Positions 24,880 to 37,639 of a stretch of 64,000 nt of DNA are shown in pieces; positions within the stretch are counted from its first letter, which is position 1; the number at the start of each line of letters is the position of its first letter. Below the pieces are notes generated by a model. It searched no databases and was not told where the DNA came from. It worked only from the letters and a program-made list of their open reading frames with translations. The position numbers and the translations under genes are program-made. This DNA comes from Macrostomum lignano (lineage: Eukaryota): the NCBI GenBank assembly GCA_002269645.1, contig NIVC01000196.1, positions 1 through 64,000 on the forward strand. Reading direction: 5' to 3'.

Positions 24880-26620
24880 TAGCGATGGCCCAGTAACTGG
24901 GGATCTGGGAGGCTGACCCAGCAACTGAGGATCTGGGAGGCTGGCCCAGCAACTGAGGATCTGGGAGGCTGGCCCAGCAACAGAGGATCTGGGAGGCTGG
25001 CCCAGCAACTGAGGATCTGGGAGGCTGGCCCAGCAACTGAGGATCTGGGAGGCTGGCCCAGCAACTGGGGATCTGGGAGGCTGGCCCAGCAACTGGGGAT
25101 CTGGGAGGCTGGCCCAGCAACTGGGGATCTGGGAGGCTGGCCCAGCAACTGAGGATCTGGGAGGCTGGCCCAGCAACTGAGGATCTGGGAGGCTGGCTCA
25201 GCAACTGAGGATCTGGGAGGCTGGCCCAGCAACTGAGGATCTGGGAGGCTGGCCCAGCAACTGAGGATCTGGGAGGCTGGCTCAGCAACTGAGGATCTGG
25301 GAGGCTGGCCCAGCAACTGGGTATCTGGGAGGCTGGCTCAGCAACTGAGGATCTGGGAGGCTGGCCCAGCAACTGAGGATCTGGGAGGCTGGCTCAGCAA
25401 CTGAGGATCTGGGAGGCTGGCCCAGCAACTGGGTATCTGGGAGGCTGGCCCAGCAACTGAGGATCTGGGAGGCTGGCCCAGCAACTGAGGATCTGGGAGG
25501 CTGGCCCAGCAACTGAGGATCTGGGAGGCTGGCCCAGCAACTGAGGATCTGGGAGGCTGGCCCAGCAACTGGGGATCTAGGAGGCTGGCCCGGCAACTAA
25601 GGATCTGGAAGGCTGGCCCAGCAACTGAGGATCTGGGAGGCTGGCCCAGCAACTGAGGATCTGGAAGGCTGGCCCAGCAACTGAGGATCTGGGAGGCTGG
25701 CCCAGCAACTGAGGATCTGGGAGGCTGGCCCAGCAACTGGGGATCTGGGAGGCTGGCCCAGCAACTGGGGATCTGGGAGGCTGGCCCAGCAACTGAGAAT
25801 CTGGGAGGCTGGCCCAGCAACTGAGGATCTGGGAGGCTGGCCCAGCAACTGAGGATCTGGGAGGCTGGCCCAGCAACTGGGGATCTGGGAGGCTGGCCCG
25901 GCAACTGAGAATCTGGGAGGCTGGCCCAGCAACTGAGGATCTGGGAGGCTGGCCCAGCAACTGAGGATCTGGGAGGCTGGCCCAGCAACTGGGGATCTGG
26001 GAGGCTGGCCCAGCAACTGGGGATCTAGGAGGCTGGCCCGGCAACTGAGGATCTGGGAGGCTGGCCCAGCAACTGAGGATCTGGAAGGCTGGCCCAGCAA
26101 CTGAGGATCTGGGAGGCTGGCCCAGCAACTGAGGATCTGGGAGGCTGGCCCAGCAACTGGGGATCTGGGAGGCTGGCCCAGCAACTGGGGATCTGGGAGG
26201 CTGGCCCAGCAACTGAGGATCTAGGAGGCTGGCCCAGCAACTAAGGATCTGGGAGGCTGGCCCAGCAACTGAGGATCTGGGAGGCTGGCCCAGCAACTGG
26301 GGATCTGGGAGGCTGGCCCAGCAACTGAGGATCTAGGAGGCTGGCCCGGCAACTGAGGATCTGGAAGGCTGGCCCAGCAACTGAGGATCTGGGAGGCTGG
26401 CCCAGCAACTGAGAATCTGGGAGGCTGGCCCAGCAACTGAGGATCTGGGAGGCTGGCCCAGCAACTGGGGATCTGGGAGGCTGGCCCAGCAACTGAGGAT
26501 CTGGGAGGCTGGCGGTAGCCCAGCAACTGAGGATCTGGGAGGCTGGCGGTAGCCCAGCAACTGAGGATCTGGGAGGCTGGCGGTAGCCCAGCAACTGAGG
26601 ATCTGGGAGGCTTGAGCCCA
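24880..26620. repeat. 28-bp intronic minisatellite, about 60 units
   Basis: Unit ggatctgggaggctggcccagcaactga. Confidence 0.97.
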
Positions 26621-27319
26621 GCTACTGGGTATGTGAGAGACTCTGGAATCTACGAGCAACGAATTCGAACAACTACGACTTTTGTTCCATTTTACTGAAC
26701 TATTCGAAACACCGTTGCAAACAGCCCATGCTCAAAATCAATTCGATTTTCTCCAGAAAACTATAGAAAGCACTGAAGAATTATTAGCGGCGCAAAAGGA
26801 ACGCAAAAGGCTCTAGCAAAACTGTTTGAACTGAGCGCTTTCCAAAGAAGAGAAAATTAATTCCAGGAAACAGCTGCCAGCTGCGAGTTCTTGCAGACCG
26901 TCAGAGAGAAAAGGAACTAATTGGAATTGCGATATCAATCAAGTTGGCCGTCCAATCATCAAGCGAACCCTCGAACTTCTTTTTCACTGCCCTGAGAGAT
27001 AGCGGGAAAATTAACAAATTACTGTCGAAAATTGGAAATAACCAAATTTCCGAGCTCAGTCCGAGCCTAGCGGCATTTATCTAGAGATAATTGTTAGACT
27101 AATTTGGCGAAAACCCGTCCCAAGCAAACCATTTCTTTTTCTGTTTATTACCGACTTAGGAAGCATCGTTTAAGTTCCAATTTAACAAGAGGCGAAATGA
27201 TTGCAATAGCATAAAGATAAAAACCTATGTGCCTATGTACTCGTACTTTCACAAAACGGTCATTAGTCAGGTGACTTTTAAAAAATGCACTCAGTCGCTA
27301 ATTTAAACACCAACGTTCG

Positions 27320-27490
27320 GTCACGTGATTTAAAAGAAACGCAAATTGATCACGTGAATTCCAACTGAATCACGTGGTTTGAAAATGAAACTTGGTCACG
27401 TGATTCAAAGAAGTGCAACCTAGTCACGTGATTCAAGAAAAGCAAACTGATCACATGATTTAAAAAAGCACAACTGAGTCACGTAATTTA
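27320..27490. promoter_or_regulatory. Cluster of seven TCACGTGA-type E-boxes in a TMEM131 intron
   Basis: Motifs at about 27321, 27350, 27370, 27396, 27424, 27451 and 27479 (some with one mismatch). Confidence 0.5.
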
Positions 27491-27560
27491 ATCTAACTGC
27501 AAACATGTTTAAAAGACAATTAAATGGCTAAAATCACTCAGTGCTGCACAGATCACTTAC

Positions 27561-27684
27561 CTCAGTCTTGAAGAACGAGCAGTGAAAATGCGGCGCAGTG
27601 GACGATATGGACAACAGCTGCAAAGGCTGACTGGTGTGCGTGTTGAACACGAGCACCTGCTCGAGACGGGGCTCGCCAATATGA
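27561..27684 (-). CDS. TMEM131: TMEM131 exon; missing from the ORF track
   Basis: HIGEPRLEQVLVFNTHTSQPLQLLSISSTAPHFHCSFFKTE matches VGMPKMEKVYLHN..LVSISATTSHFHASFF; acceptor ttgcag|T, donor GAG|gtaagt. Confidence 0.92.
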
Positions 27685-28546
27685 CTGCAAATACGCCATA
27701 TATCCAGATATATACATACTCAGAATGAATTAGCTCAACAGAAGTTATAGAAAAAAAGTATTTTGCTTAACTTACTGCTCTTTAAAATCTAAGAATGGTG
27801 GCTCAAAATGTAGATGACTGACTGGGAGCTTTGACTTTGGGCTGCTAAAAAACCAAATGCAGATATTAACTTTACTGTACAAATACTTCAATAAATGTTA
27901 TTTCAGCTCAGGTCACTTACTTTAGGGCAGTCAATACATCTGAAGAAAATTCACCATTTCCATATACATTAAGGTCCAAAAGCCTGCTTGTCTGAAAGAA
28001 CTCTGAAATAGAGAATAGTGAGATTTGAAAAATATGGGATCAATTTTTATAAAATTAAATCAGTTTCTTTAGACATACAATAACTAACATTGAGCTATTA
28101 AAAAGCAAAAAATCAACATAAGCAATTATGAAATATAATAAAGGCCACCAATCATAAATTTATAAGTGTATCTAGTCATTGATTTTAGTTTTTGGGAATG
28201 TATATCAATATAATCAGCTTGATAAAGAATTCAAAAATAAAAAAGAATAGTCACAATAGTAATAAATTTTGAAACAATTTAGAATATCTAATTCTTGATA
28301 TTAAAATAAAAGACTAACAAAGAAAGGCTAAGAGGTTAGAAAAAATCAAAAGAATATCCATAAAAGATAGAGTATTATATTTTTGCACATTTTTTCTAAG
28401 TAATTATTAAGCTCATCTAAATTTTTAAGTTAGCAAAAGTAAATACAAGTTGAATGTTATTTTTTAATTTTCATATAATATTTATTAAGCAGTTATTATA
28501 TGATTATTAGATTCAAGCAAACAATAATTCAAGAAGGAAAACTTAC

Positions 28547-28746
28547 CTTGGCCTGAGTACTTTTGGTTGGACACACAAAAATACAAAGACTCGATGCCAA
28601 ATAGAATTAGTAAGCATATTGCAATAAACTTCCACATTTTGACTTTCATTAAATTTATTTAAACAAGATAGCCCAATAGAGCTATCAAAAATGGATTGAT
28701 GATCGTTTGACTTCGAAATCAGTATCCAATAGGAATCAAACTTAGA
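28547..28746 (-). CDS. TMEM131: Probable upstream TMEM131 exon; start codon and signal peptide not resolved
   Basis: Strong donor AG|gtaagt in phase 2, matching the next exon; weak similarity (VQPKVL vs FEPPML). Confidence 0.4.
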
Positions 28747-29875
28747 CTGCAATCAACCAAAACTTGTGACTGCAAATAGTATTTTTTGTGGCAAAAAAAA
28801 GACAACAAGATCAAGACTTTTATTGCAGTCAGTGACACGAAATGAATTTCGTGTTGCTACTTTAATTGGAACAGACTGTGACAATATGGTAGGTGTGTAG
28901 TGTGTGCAGTCTAAAATAAAAACAAGAAAAATAGAAAGAAATTTTTGATGAAGAAAAGCTCATCTGAATGCAGATTTGGACTCGAACGAATGAATGGAAA
29001 TGAATCAAACCGTGGGTCACTGCAAAAAATAAGAATGATTTGAAAGCGTGCGGCATGCTGTTTCTATGAGAAACATCGTTAAAAACGATTTGAAAGGCGC
29101 GATAACTAACGAAGAATATTGGTGGATTTAGGCAAATCCACCAATATTAGGCAGTTGTTATTTGTCCGGTTAAATTGCTAACTGTTTAAATTGCTATTTG
29201 TTTCGTGATCCTTTATAACCTTTTAAACATTTCGTATAAAACATAATATTATAAAAGATTATTATTGACAGAAAATTTGTAAAGCAGAGATCTGATTTGG
29301 ATTAATGCATTTAACTGTTACCGTTTTTATGGTCTCGCACATGTATGCCCTTGCCTAGTTTTTCAATCACAAACAACAGATTTTTGTCTAGTGATCACGC
29401 ATAATTTTTTCTAGTGTCACTAACTAGTTTTCAATAAATTTCTCGCGACACCTTGTAAGACCAATCTTAGTAATGTGAAATTATTCACATCAGACAGCTT
29501 TGATTTTCATGTCGATACATTTTTAAGCACTTTGGTTACCATTATTATAGTCTGCAATAAATTGAACCACTAGAGAAGCGTACACTCGTGTATACATGTA
29601 AATTGTGCAATAAACTTTCTCAAGCACGGCAGAATAACATTGCATCCATATGCTGTAGATAGTGATAGGGTTTTACATTATAGATCACATACATGTACAT
29701 GTAGAAAAATCGTGAAGGCGATTTGGTTTAGTACATTTGGTAGCTGATTTGCCATAGACTAATATTAAATTATTACGAATTTTGCAACATCGAATTAGCA
29801 ACATCGGGTGTAACTTGGTACCTTAAACCAATAACCGCAGGCTGAGTTAAGCAAGACAAGTTCATAATTCCACTT

Positions 29876-31117
29876 ATGGATGCAAACAAAACTAATAGCA
29901 TCGCACATGATGATGAAAGAGATTTGGACTGTTTTGAAGCAACCGTGGGCGACAAAGCAATCAAGATTGACAAGCGCGACGATGATATCATAATAAACAA
30001 CGAGTGCAAGCGAATTATGCGGAATCTCTGCAGCACACCTGTCGGTCGAGCAAACTTCGAATCCGAAGTGGAAGTGACACAGCCATCATTTCTGACACCA
30101 GAAGATCGCATTCTATTCTTTAAAACAAAAATGTTTTACTTGCTGCAGGAGCGCCACTGCTTTCTTCAACAGAGCAACCGAGCAAAACAATGCGGAGAGA
30201 AGTTAAATAGTAAAAGAAAGAAAACAATATCAGAGGCCTATCCAGCTTTTTTGTCGCCGTTTGGTGAGTCCGTCGTAGATCAGGACTTGCCGCCAAGCAA
30301 CAGTCCGGTTAGGAAGCGGTACCGCAGCGTAGTTGGCTCAGAGTTGCTGAAACCGGACGGCGGTAAAAGGACTGCTTTGTTGACCAAGATTCCTTCAACT
30401 AACAAGATGCAAGCCAGCTCACAGGTCCATAAAACGGGGATGAGCAGGTTTCTAGAAAACATCCGCAAAGCTGATCTGTCGGCAATGCGCATGCTGGAAG
30501 AGAAAATCCTCAAGACAATGGAAGGAGCCGGCTATGCCTCACTTTTCAAAGATGATGTCAAGAAAATTGAAGTGCTCCTTGACATCTTTGCCGATTATAA
30601 TCTTCTAATGCAGGATGGAAAGGACGAGGAGAGCATGCTAAACAATTTGGCCAATCACGTTCGAACTCGTATTAAATACTTTGACAAGCTGCAGCAGTTC
30701 TACGATAATCCGATTAACCGCGACGATCATACGGCGCACGTGTTCAGCATACCTAACATGGATGTGGCCGACGTGCACGAAGAGCTGGTCAACCTCAGGC
30801 CGAAGCGGATGCATCAGCTAGACGAGAAGAAAATCAAGAATCTGTACGCATTGTTCAAGGACGACTATAGTACAGCCAAAACCACCCTAATTGCCGACGG
30901 AACTCAGCCGGTTGTGCTCAACAGAAAAAAGATGGACCGAGTCAAGCGATACGTCGACGAGTGCTTAGATTGGAAAGGCGCTACACTGGTGCCGTACGTT
31001 CCGGAGATGAACTTCTTCGGCCTGACGATATTATGGAAACGGGAACAGGAGTCTGTGAAATCCACCGACACCGATATTGATGCTTTGAAACCTAACCTGG
31101 AGAAAGACGGGGACTAA
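29876..31117 (+). CDS. Intronless 413-aa ORF of unknown function
   Basis: ATG-to-TAA open frame with protein-like composition in AT-rich DNA; NLS-like KRKK and RKRYR; no family recognised. Confidence 0.6.
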   Translation: MDANKTNSIAHDDERDLDCFEATVGDKAIKIDKRDDDIIINNECKRIMRNLCSTPVGRANFESEVEVTQPSFLTPEDRILFFKTKMFYLLQERHCFLQQSNRAKQCGEKLNSKRKKTISEAYPAFLSPFGESVVDQDLPPSNSPVRKRYRSVVGSELLKPDGGKRTALLTKIPSTNKMQASSQVHKTGMSRFLENIRKADLSAMRMLEEKILKTMEGAGYASLFKDDVKKIEVLLDIFADYNLLMQDGKDEESMLNNLANHVRTRIKYFDKLQQFYDNPINRDDHTAHVFSIPNMDVADVHEELVNLRPKRMHQLDEKKIKNLYALFKDDYSTAKTTLIADGTQPVVLNRKKMDRVKRYVDECLDWKGATLVPYVPEMNFFGLTILWKREQESVKSTDTDIDALKPNLEKDGD

Positions 31118-32269
31118 TACTTTGTTGTTATTGATGCAGCTGTTTTTTTACTTTCTATCTGTCGCTTACTTTTAATATGAACAAAAGAAAATACAAAGGC
31201 ATGACTGTACCCTTTCTTACACACGCTTGTCTTTAGTGTACGCACAACCGTAATACCCGAGGTAAATCTATCGTATATAGTAACAGAAGATCATCAAGTA
31301 TTTCCAATGTACAAAGCAAAGAGATCAGCCAGAAAAGATTGTCGAAAATTCAAGTCAAGAAAAATAGTTTGCTATTAGTCAATAGATAGGTACTGTTTTG
31401 ATTTTGTTGTAAAATAGAAATAGAACACACAGATCAAGCGTAACCGGTAGACAGTTGTAAAACAATCCGAAATTAAGCAGTTTGCCGAGTAACTTTATGC
31501 AACGCGCAGAATTGCATGTACGCGACTGGGTTAAACCCGAATTGAAAGTGACCAGGTCAGCAGGACACAAACTTATAAATATAGATTTTCAACACAAATT
31601 CTGGCTAGAACAACGGGGTGTCTCAATAAGAAGGATCGAAAATAAACATCATATGGTGACATTACCTCACGTCGGAGAAGTTCAAAACCCAACTGTTAAG
31701 TTCTTAACACTGGCTACTTGTAAGTTTTTGTTTGTAACGTTTCAGCTACAACAGATACTACTACTAGAAGGACCGACAATAATTTTTCAGATTTGCTGCT
31801 GTCATATGCATTATCTAGCAATTTGACGATCATTATTCACATTTTTATGCAGAACAATCCATTACTACAAGCAATGAATTGTCTGTAGGATCGTCAAACA
31901 AAAAAACAATGCAAAGAATTAGCGGTCGCAGCACGTGACAACGAATTGTCTATGGGCGCTTGCCAGACAATCATTGTCACGCACTGGGACCGCCGATGTT
32001 GCAATCTACAACATGATGATTGGCCATAGACAAAAGTGCAGCTGCTAAATCCGATTGCACGCTGGGTTGGGTGGAGTGAAAGGCATCCAACTGGACTCAA
32101 GAATTGATGCAGTGTAAAATGCAGCCGAGTCCTATCCAGCGCGTCTTGCCAGAGTGCATTTTAAATGATGGAAGGCATCATTCGAGTTTGCTACTTATGT
32201 TAATAGCAGTATCAGTTCGAGCTGAAACTTTACTGACAAAAACTTACAAGTGTTTACAACTGAGCTGTT

Positions 32270-32627
32270 TTTTTTATTAGAGGCAGGGGGGTTGTGTGCA
32301 CCCTGGCGCACTTTAAGCGACATAGGCACACAACCGGCGAGAGGCATTACTGCCCATTCCGCCGACTCCCCTGAGCAGGCATACAAGCGCGCGGATACGT
32401 ACGCAGGCACACACTCACACAGGAGTGTACAGCGGCCCTAACTTTATATTATCGTTAGGCATGTACAATTCACTGCGCCTTGGGGGTGGCTCTAAAGGGC
32501 GTTAATTGCACGAGCAGAGCCAAGCCGAGATTCCAATTCAGCCCCAAATTAATGTGACTGCACTTGGAATCGAGCCTGGGTCGCTGGCACACCAGAGCCT
32601 GCGCTAGACCGCTGGGCTACGGCCCCC
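32270..32627 (-). mobile_element. tRNA-derived SINE family B, copy 2
   Basis: Highly similar to 2992-3351; TSD ctgagctgtt at 32260-69 and 32628-37. Confidence 0.92.
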
Positions 32628-33694
32628 CTGAGCTGTTGAGTTTTGAACTTCTCCGCTGAGAGGAAGTGTCACAGCATGCATTGATTTTGGCGCCCAATTC
32701 AGACACCCAGTTTATAACTTATATTGTTGATAAAATTGGATGAAAACAATTTTCCAAAGCGACACAGCACAACAAGAAAGCCCTACACAGTGCCAATCGT
32801 TGACTTAGGAATCCTGCAGCGAATGTGAGCATCTCCTATGATAATTGAAGCTGGTTTCCTTTTATCTTGCAAATAATATACGTATATAAAATTGGAGTCA
32901 TCAAATATGTCACCTGTTATTGAACTAATGAATAATTAATTAAACAACAAAATAAGGGTAGAAATAAATGAAAATAAACTCTTCTTCTTACATAAATTTA
33001 ATACATAGATAGACAAAAGCATAAATTCCATTCTTTTGCAAACACTCAATAACAACAAATATGCATAATAAGTCTAAACTATTAGACAATAAAAAACTAT
33101 AAATATGAAAAATAGTCAACAAAATGACTAATTCAGTTAAATTATTTGCAACTTAAATTAAGTTTTTTTTGCAAATATGTGCCACCGCCATGGACGAAAG
33201 ATGACTAATTGTTGTGCGTGAAAGATGACACGAATGTAAAGGTGACGGACAAAAAGTAGGTAATCTGGATAATGCCAAAAACTGCAGTCTAGAAAGTGAA
33301 TTCAACTTAAGAGGAAATTAAACGCCAATAAAAAGTAGCCTGAAATCGCAGGAAAAAATATTTGAGTCTTCAATCTGATTTTTGTCAAGTCACCTCATCA
33401 ATAAATTAAATTTGACTTAGAATTTGGGTTAACTGCTAACAGCGAGGTTAAGAAGCATCACAGAGTCACCAAATTTGGCCATAGACTATATCTTTGTCAA
33501 TAGTCTATGGCCAAAAGGTATATCTTGTTAATAGTCTATGTCTAAAAGACACAGGGTGTACGGCGGCCCTGACTTTCTAATTGTCGAATTTTCGAATTGC
33601 ACAAGGGGTTGTATAACCAGACAGATTTGATCACACAGCAAATCAGAAGTCCATGGCTACTACTATATTGTTATAACCCCAACATATTTGAATT

Positions 33695-34180
33695 TTAGCA
33701 GCAAGAAAAGAAAGGCCGTTTATAATACTTGGCACGATAAGTGAATGGCTGCTGCTGATGCTGTTGATCGTCCGACGCGTTTGAACCGGAAGCGCCGGTC
33801 CGGGATCGAGTCCGCTCCATAGTGAGCACGGGCAGCTGTACTAACTGCACAGGACTGAGACAGTCGCGCATTGCTTTTGTCAGATTGAGCGCCTGGCCTC
33901 GCAGTACGTCCATCTGGCGCTCACAGGTGGCCCGATCGTAGCCCCGGTCGGTGCGAAACAGGCACACCAGCTCATCGCATAGCGATTGAACAAAGCGCAT
34001 ATCGGCTAGGCGGGGCAGCACCAATTCTTTGATTCGATCGCTGAATGGCGCCTTCGCCTGCGGCAGCCAGGCCCAATGAAACGGATAGGCGCGCCATTGG
34101 TCCGGATGTTTAAACGGAAATGCCAGGCCGTTGTCTATTGCGGCTAAGCTGATCTTGGGTTGTTGGACTATGCCCCAGTC
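33695..34180 (-). CDS. PI4K2: PI 4-kinase type II, last exon
   Basis: AAIDNGLAFPFKHPDQWRAYPFHWAWLPQAK..RGQALNL; acceptor gaaag|GAC; 162 codons including stop. Confidence 0.95.
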   Translation of the reverse strand, partial: DWGIVQQPKISLAAIDNGLAFPFKHPDQWRAYPFHWAWLPQAKAPFSDRIKELVLPRLADMRFVQSLCDELVCLFRTDRGYDRATCERQMDVLRGQALNLTKAMRDCLSPVQLVQLPVLTMERTRSRTGASGSNASDDQQHQQQPFTYRAKYYKRPFFSCC

Positions 34181-34224
34181 CTTTCAACGGAGTGCCGGGT
34201 TGAGAATTCATTTAGTGGCATGGC

Positions 34225-34440
34225 TTAGTTAACAGTCTATGGCCAAAAGGCATATCTTTTATCGATAGTCTATGGCCAAAAGGCATATATTCTTTCATTA
34301 GTCTATGGCCAAAAAGAAAATATCTTTTATCAATAGTCTATTGCCAAAAGGCATATCTTTCATCAATAGGCTATGGCCAAAAGCTATCTTTATCGATAGT
34401 CTATGGCTAAAAGGCATACATTTTATCAATAGTCTATGGC
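34225..34440. repeat. About 30-bp degenerate repeat in a PI4K2 intron; also present at 33476-33550
   Basis: Unit atagtctatggccaaaaggcatatctttt. Confidence 0.85.
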
Positions 34441-34493
34441 AATGGTTTACTAGATTTTTCTGTCTAAAGTAGCATATTTAGTGCATACTTTTA

Positions 34494-34784
<291 letters not shown>

Positions 34785-34915
34785 TTAGGCGCTGGGTGAA
34801 ATATGAGCTACTGAACTCAATTATTGAGCTCCTATTACGTATTGATAAAAAGAAAGAATGATAACCTACTAAATAAGAGTTTTCAGGCTTTTTCAATGCT
34901 ACTAACGAGTAGTTA

Positions 34916-35457
<542 letters not shown>

Positions 35458-35464
35458 ACTTTCA

Positions 35465-35725
<261 letters not shown>

Positions 35726-36085
35726 TTATGAATAGGCATTTCAATTTCAATGTGGCTACTTATTACGGCCTAAGTAGTAGCAACTGGGAATTTATGTTAA
35801 AATGTCACTAAATGAATAATTTTACAAAACCAGCTGACCAGTCGTGGTTTAAACTTTTTATCTATCTTTTACAAGAAAAGATAAGCATATTTACCATGAT
35901 TTTAACAGTTACGGTTGACTTCAATTCCGCTTTATTGCAAGCATACAGTCGCTATCAATGCTAATATGAGTATAGTTGGCCTAGTGTTACGCGCCTGCAT
36001 TAAACACGCAGAACAGTATTGTGCATAAATTTTCCCGATAAAATCTAGTCTAATAGTATTAATGGAAGACGCTACCATGGCTTCA

Positions 36086-36228
36086 GGATGCACAGTGTTC
36101 ACACAGGATGCACAGTGTTCACACAGGATGCACAGTGTTCACACAGGATGCACAGGGCTAACACGATGCACAGGGCTCACACAGGATGCACAGGGCTCAC
36201 ACAGGATGCACAGGGCTCACACAGGATG
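36086..36228. repeat. 20-bp intronic minisatellite
   Basis: Unit acacaggatgcacag(tgttc/ggctc). Confidence 0.9.
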
Positions 36229-36253
36229 CGCAGACCAAACATCGCATATTTAC

Positions 36254-36652
36254 CCCGGAACTATCGCGGACAAAGTAGCTTCCACTGCTGCCCTGATAGA
36301 TTCGCTCCGGATTAACGCCCAGCTCAATCGCTCGCAGAGTCTCCCGGATTAGGGCGGCGAATTCAGCGTCGTCGGCATAGTGACTGCAGCCGGTCAGGTC
36401 AACTTCGCCTTCGGTCTCCGAGGCGGCGCTCTCTTGAGCCTGCAGCAGCGGCGTGTTCTCTCTGTGCCGCTGGGGCGGCTGCTGCTGTTGCTGTTGTACA
36501 GCGCCAGCGGAAGCCGCTGCCGTCTGCCGAGGACTCATCGGCACGCCGGCAGACGGTTCGGATAGCTGTTCTATGGAATTTAAAGTCTCGCTTTTGACTG
36601 GAGAGGCGGCTTCAGCTGTTGGCTGTTGCTCATCTGTGCTGTCAGTTTGCAT
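36254..36652 (-). CDS. PI4K2: PI4K2 exon 1
   Basis: ATG at 36652; [22 protein letters not shown]; donor GGG|gtaaat. Confidence 0.92.
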
Positions 36653-37466
36653 GTTTATTGCTTGAGCAGGTCAAGTACTGGAAAGATCAGCAGTGTTTTA
36701 TAAATTAATTTTGCTAACAATGCTTCGAATAACATAATTGAATGTTTACCAAACTTAGCATGGAGATATGGATACAGTTTACAGCTCGAAGGTCTAAGTA
36801 TTTCCTACTAAGCTATGGCAGCAAGAATTGTAAAATTGTTGTCAAACCTAAACTTAAACAGAAAACTAAAAATAGTTAAGCAAATATTGACAGGAATGAC
36901 TGCAATAACAGTTCCTGCATGAAAAGAGGCACACGAATCTAGAGAAGAGAGAGGAGATTATGTACTGAGTATGTTAGCTTTTGTACTCTTAACTATGCAT
37001 AGAATTGTGAACAAATAAGTTTGGTTTTCAAACTACTCCCAAAAACTACTATATATTAACTTTTAGTCTAATGAAGGGCCCGTTAGTAGTTTTTGGCATT
37101 GTAAAATTTTGGTCTTATGAAAGTAACCATCTGTATCCATTTCCATAGATAAATAAAGTCCCATAATTTCTCATAAATGCTAACAATGCAAAATACAATG
37201 GCAACAATTCTTCATAATGCTGTTACCCACTATAATATTGTAATGAAATAAGGAATTACAACAAAATAGTTCAACCTATCATTCACTTAAAGTTTACAGT
37301 TTAAGTAAACTTTAATAATTTTTAAATTATTAACTCTTTAACTCTAAAATAAAGGTTTCATTGATTGTACAAAAAGAGTAGTTAGGGCTGCATTCATATT
37401 AACTTTAGACCTTACTATCCCAATACTACTTAGGCTAATACTACTAGATATGCATATTGTCTAGAT

Positions 37467-37639
37467 CAGTGGTTTTCAACCTGTGGGTTGCATGACCATT
37501 TTCTAGGGGTTGTAGCACTAAGTAATAATAAACAAAAAACTTAATGATGCATTATATTGATTATAAAAGAGGTTGCAAGCATTAAAAAATATGCAAGTGA
37601 ATAAATTAATGCTGCCTGAAAAAAGGTTGAGAACTGCTA
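37467..37639. mobile_element. hAT-Charlie-like MITE
   Basis: TIR cagtggttttcaacct / aggttgagaactgcta; 8-bp TSD GTCTAGAT, the NTCTAGAN target typical of Charlie. Confidence 0.85.

Noticed and set aside
24758-26659. Multiple MLGQPPRS.. ORFs
   Set aside because: 28-bp repeat cycling through frames; not coding
28862-29056. MPHAFKSFLFF.. as the TMEM131 signal-peptide exon
   Set aside because: No good in-phase donor to link it to 28746; left unresolved
29115-29148. Helitron 3' terminus
   Set aside because: No CTRR end at the expected distance on either strand and no Rep/helicase ORF
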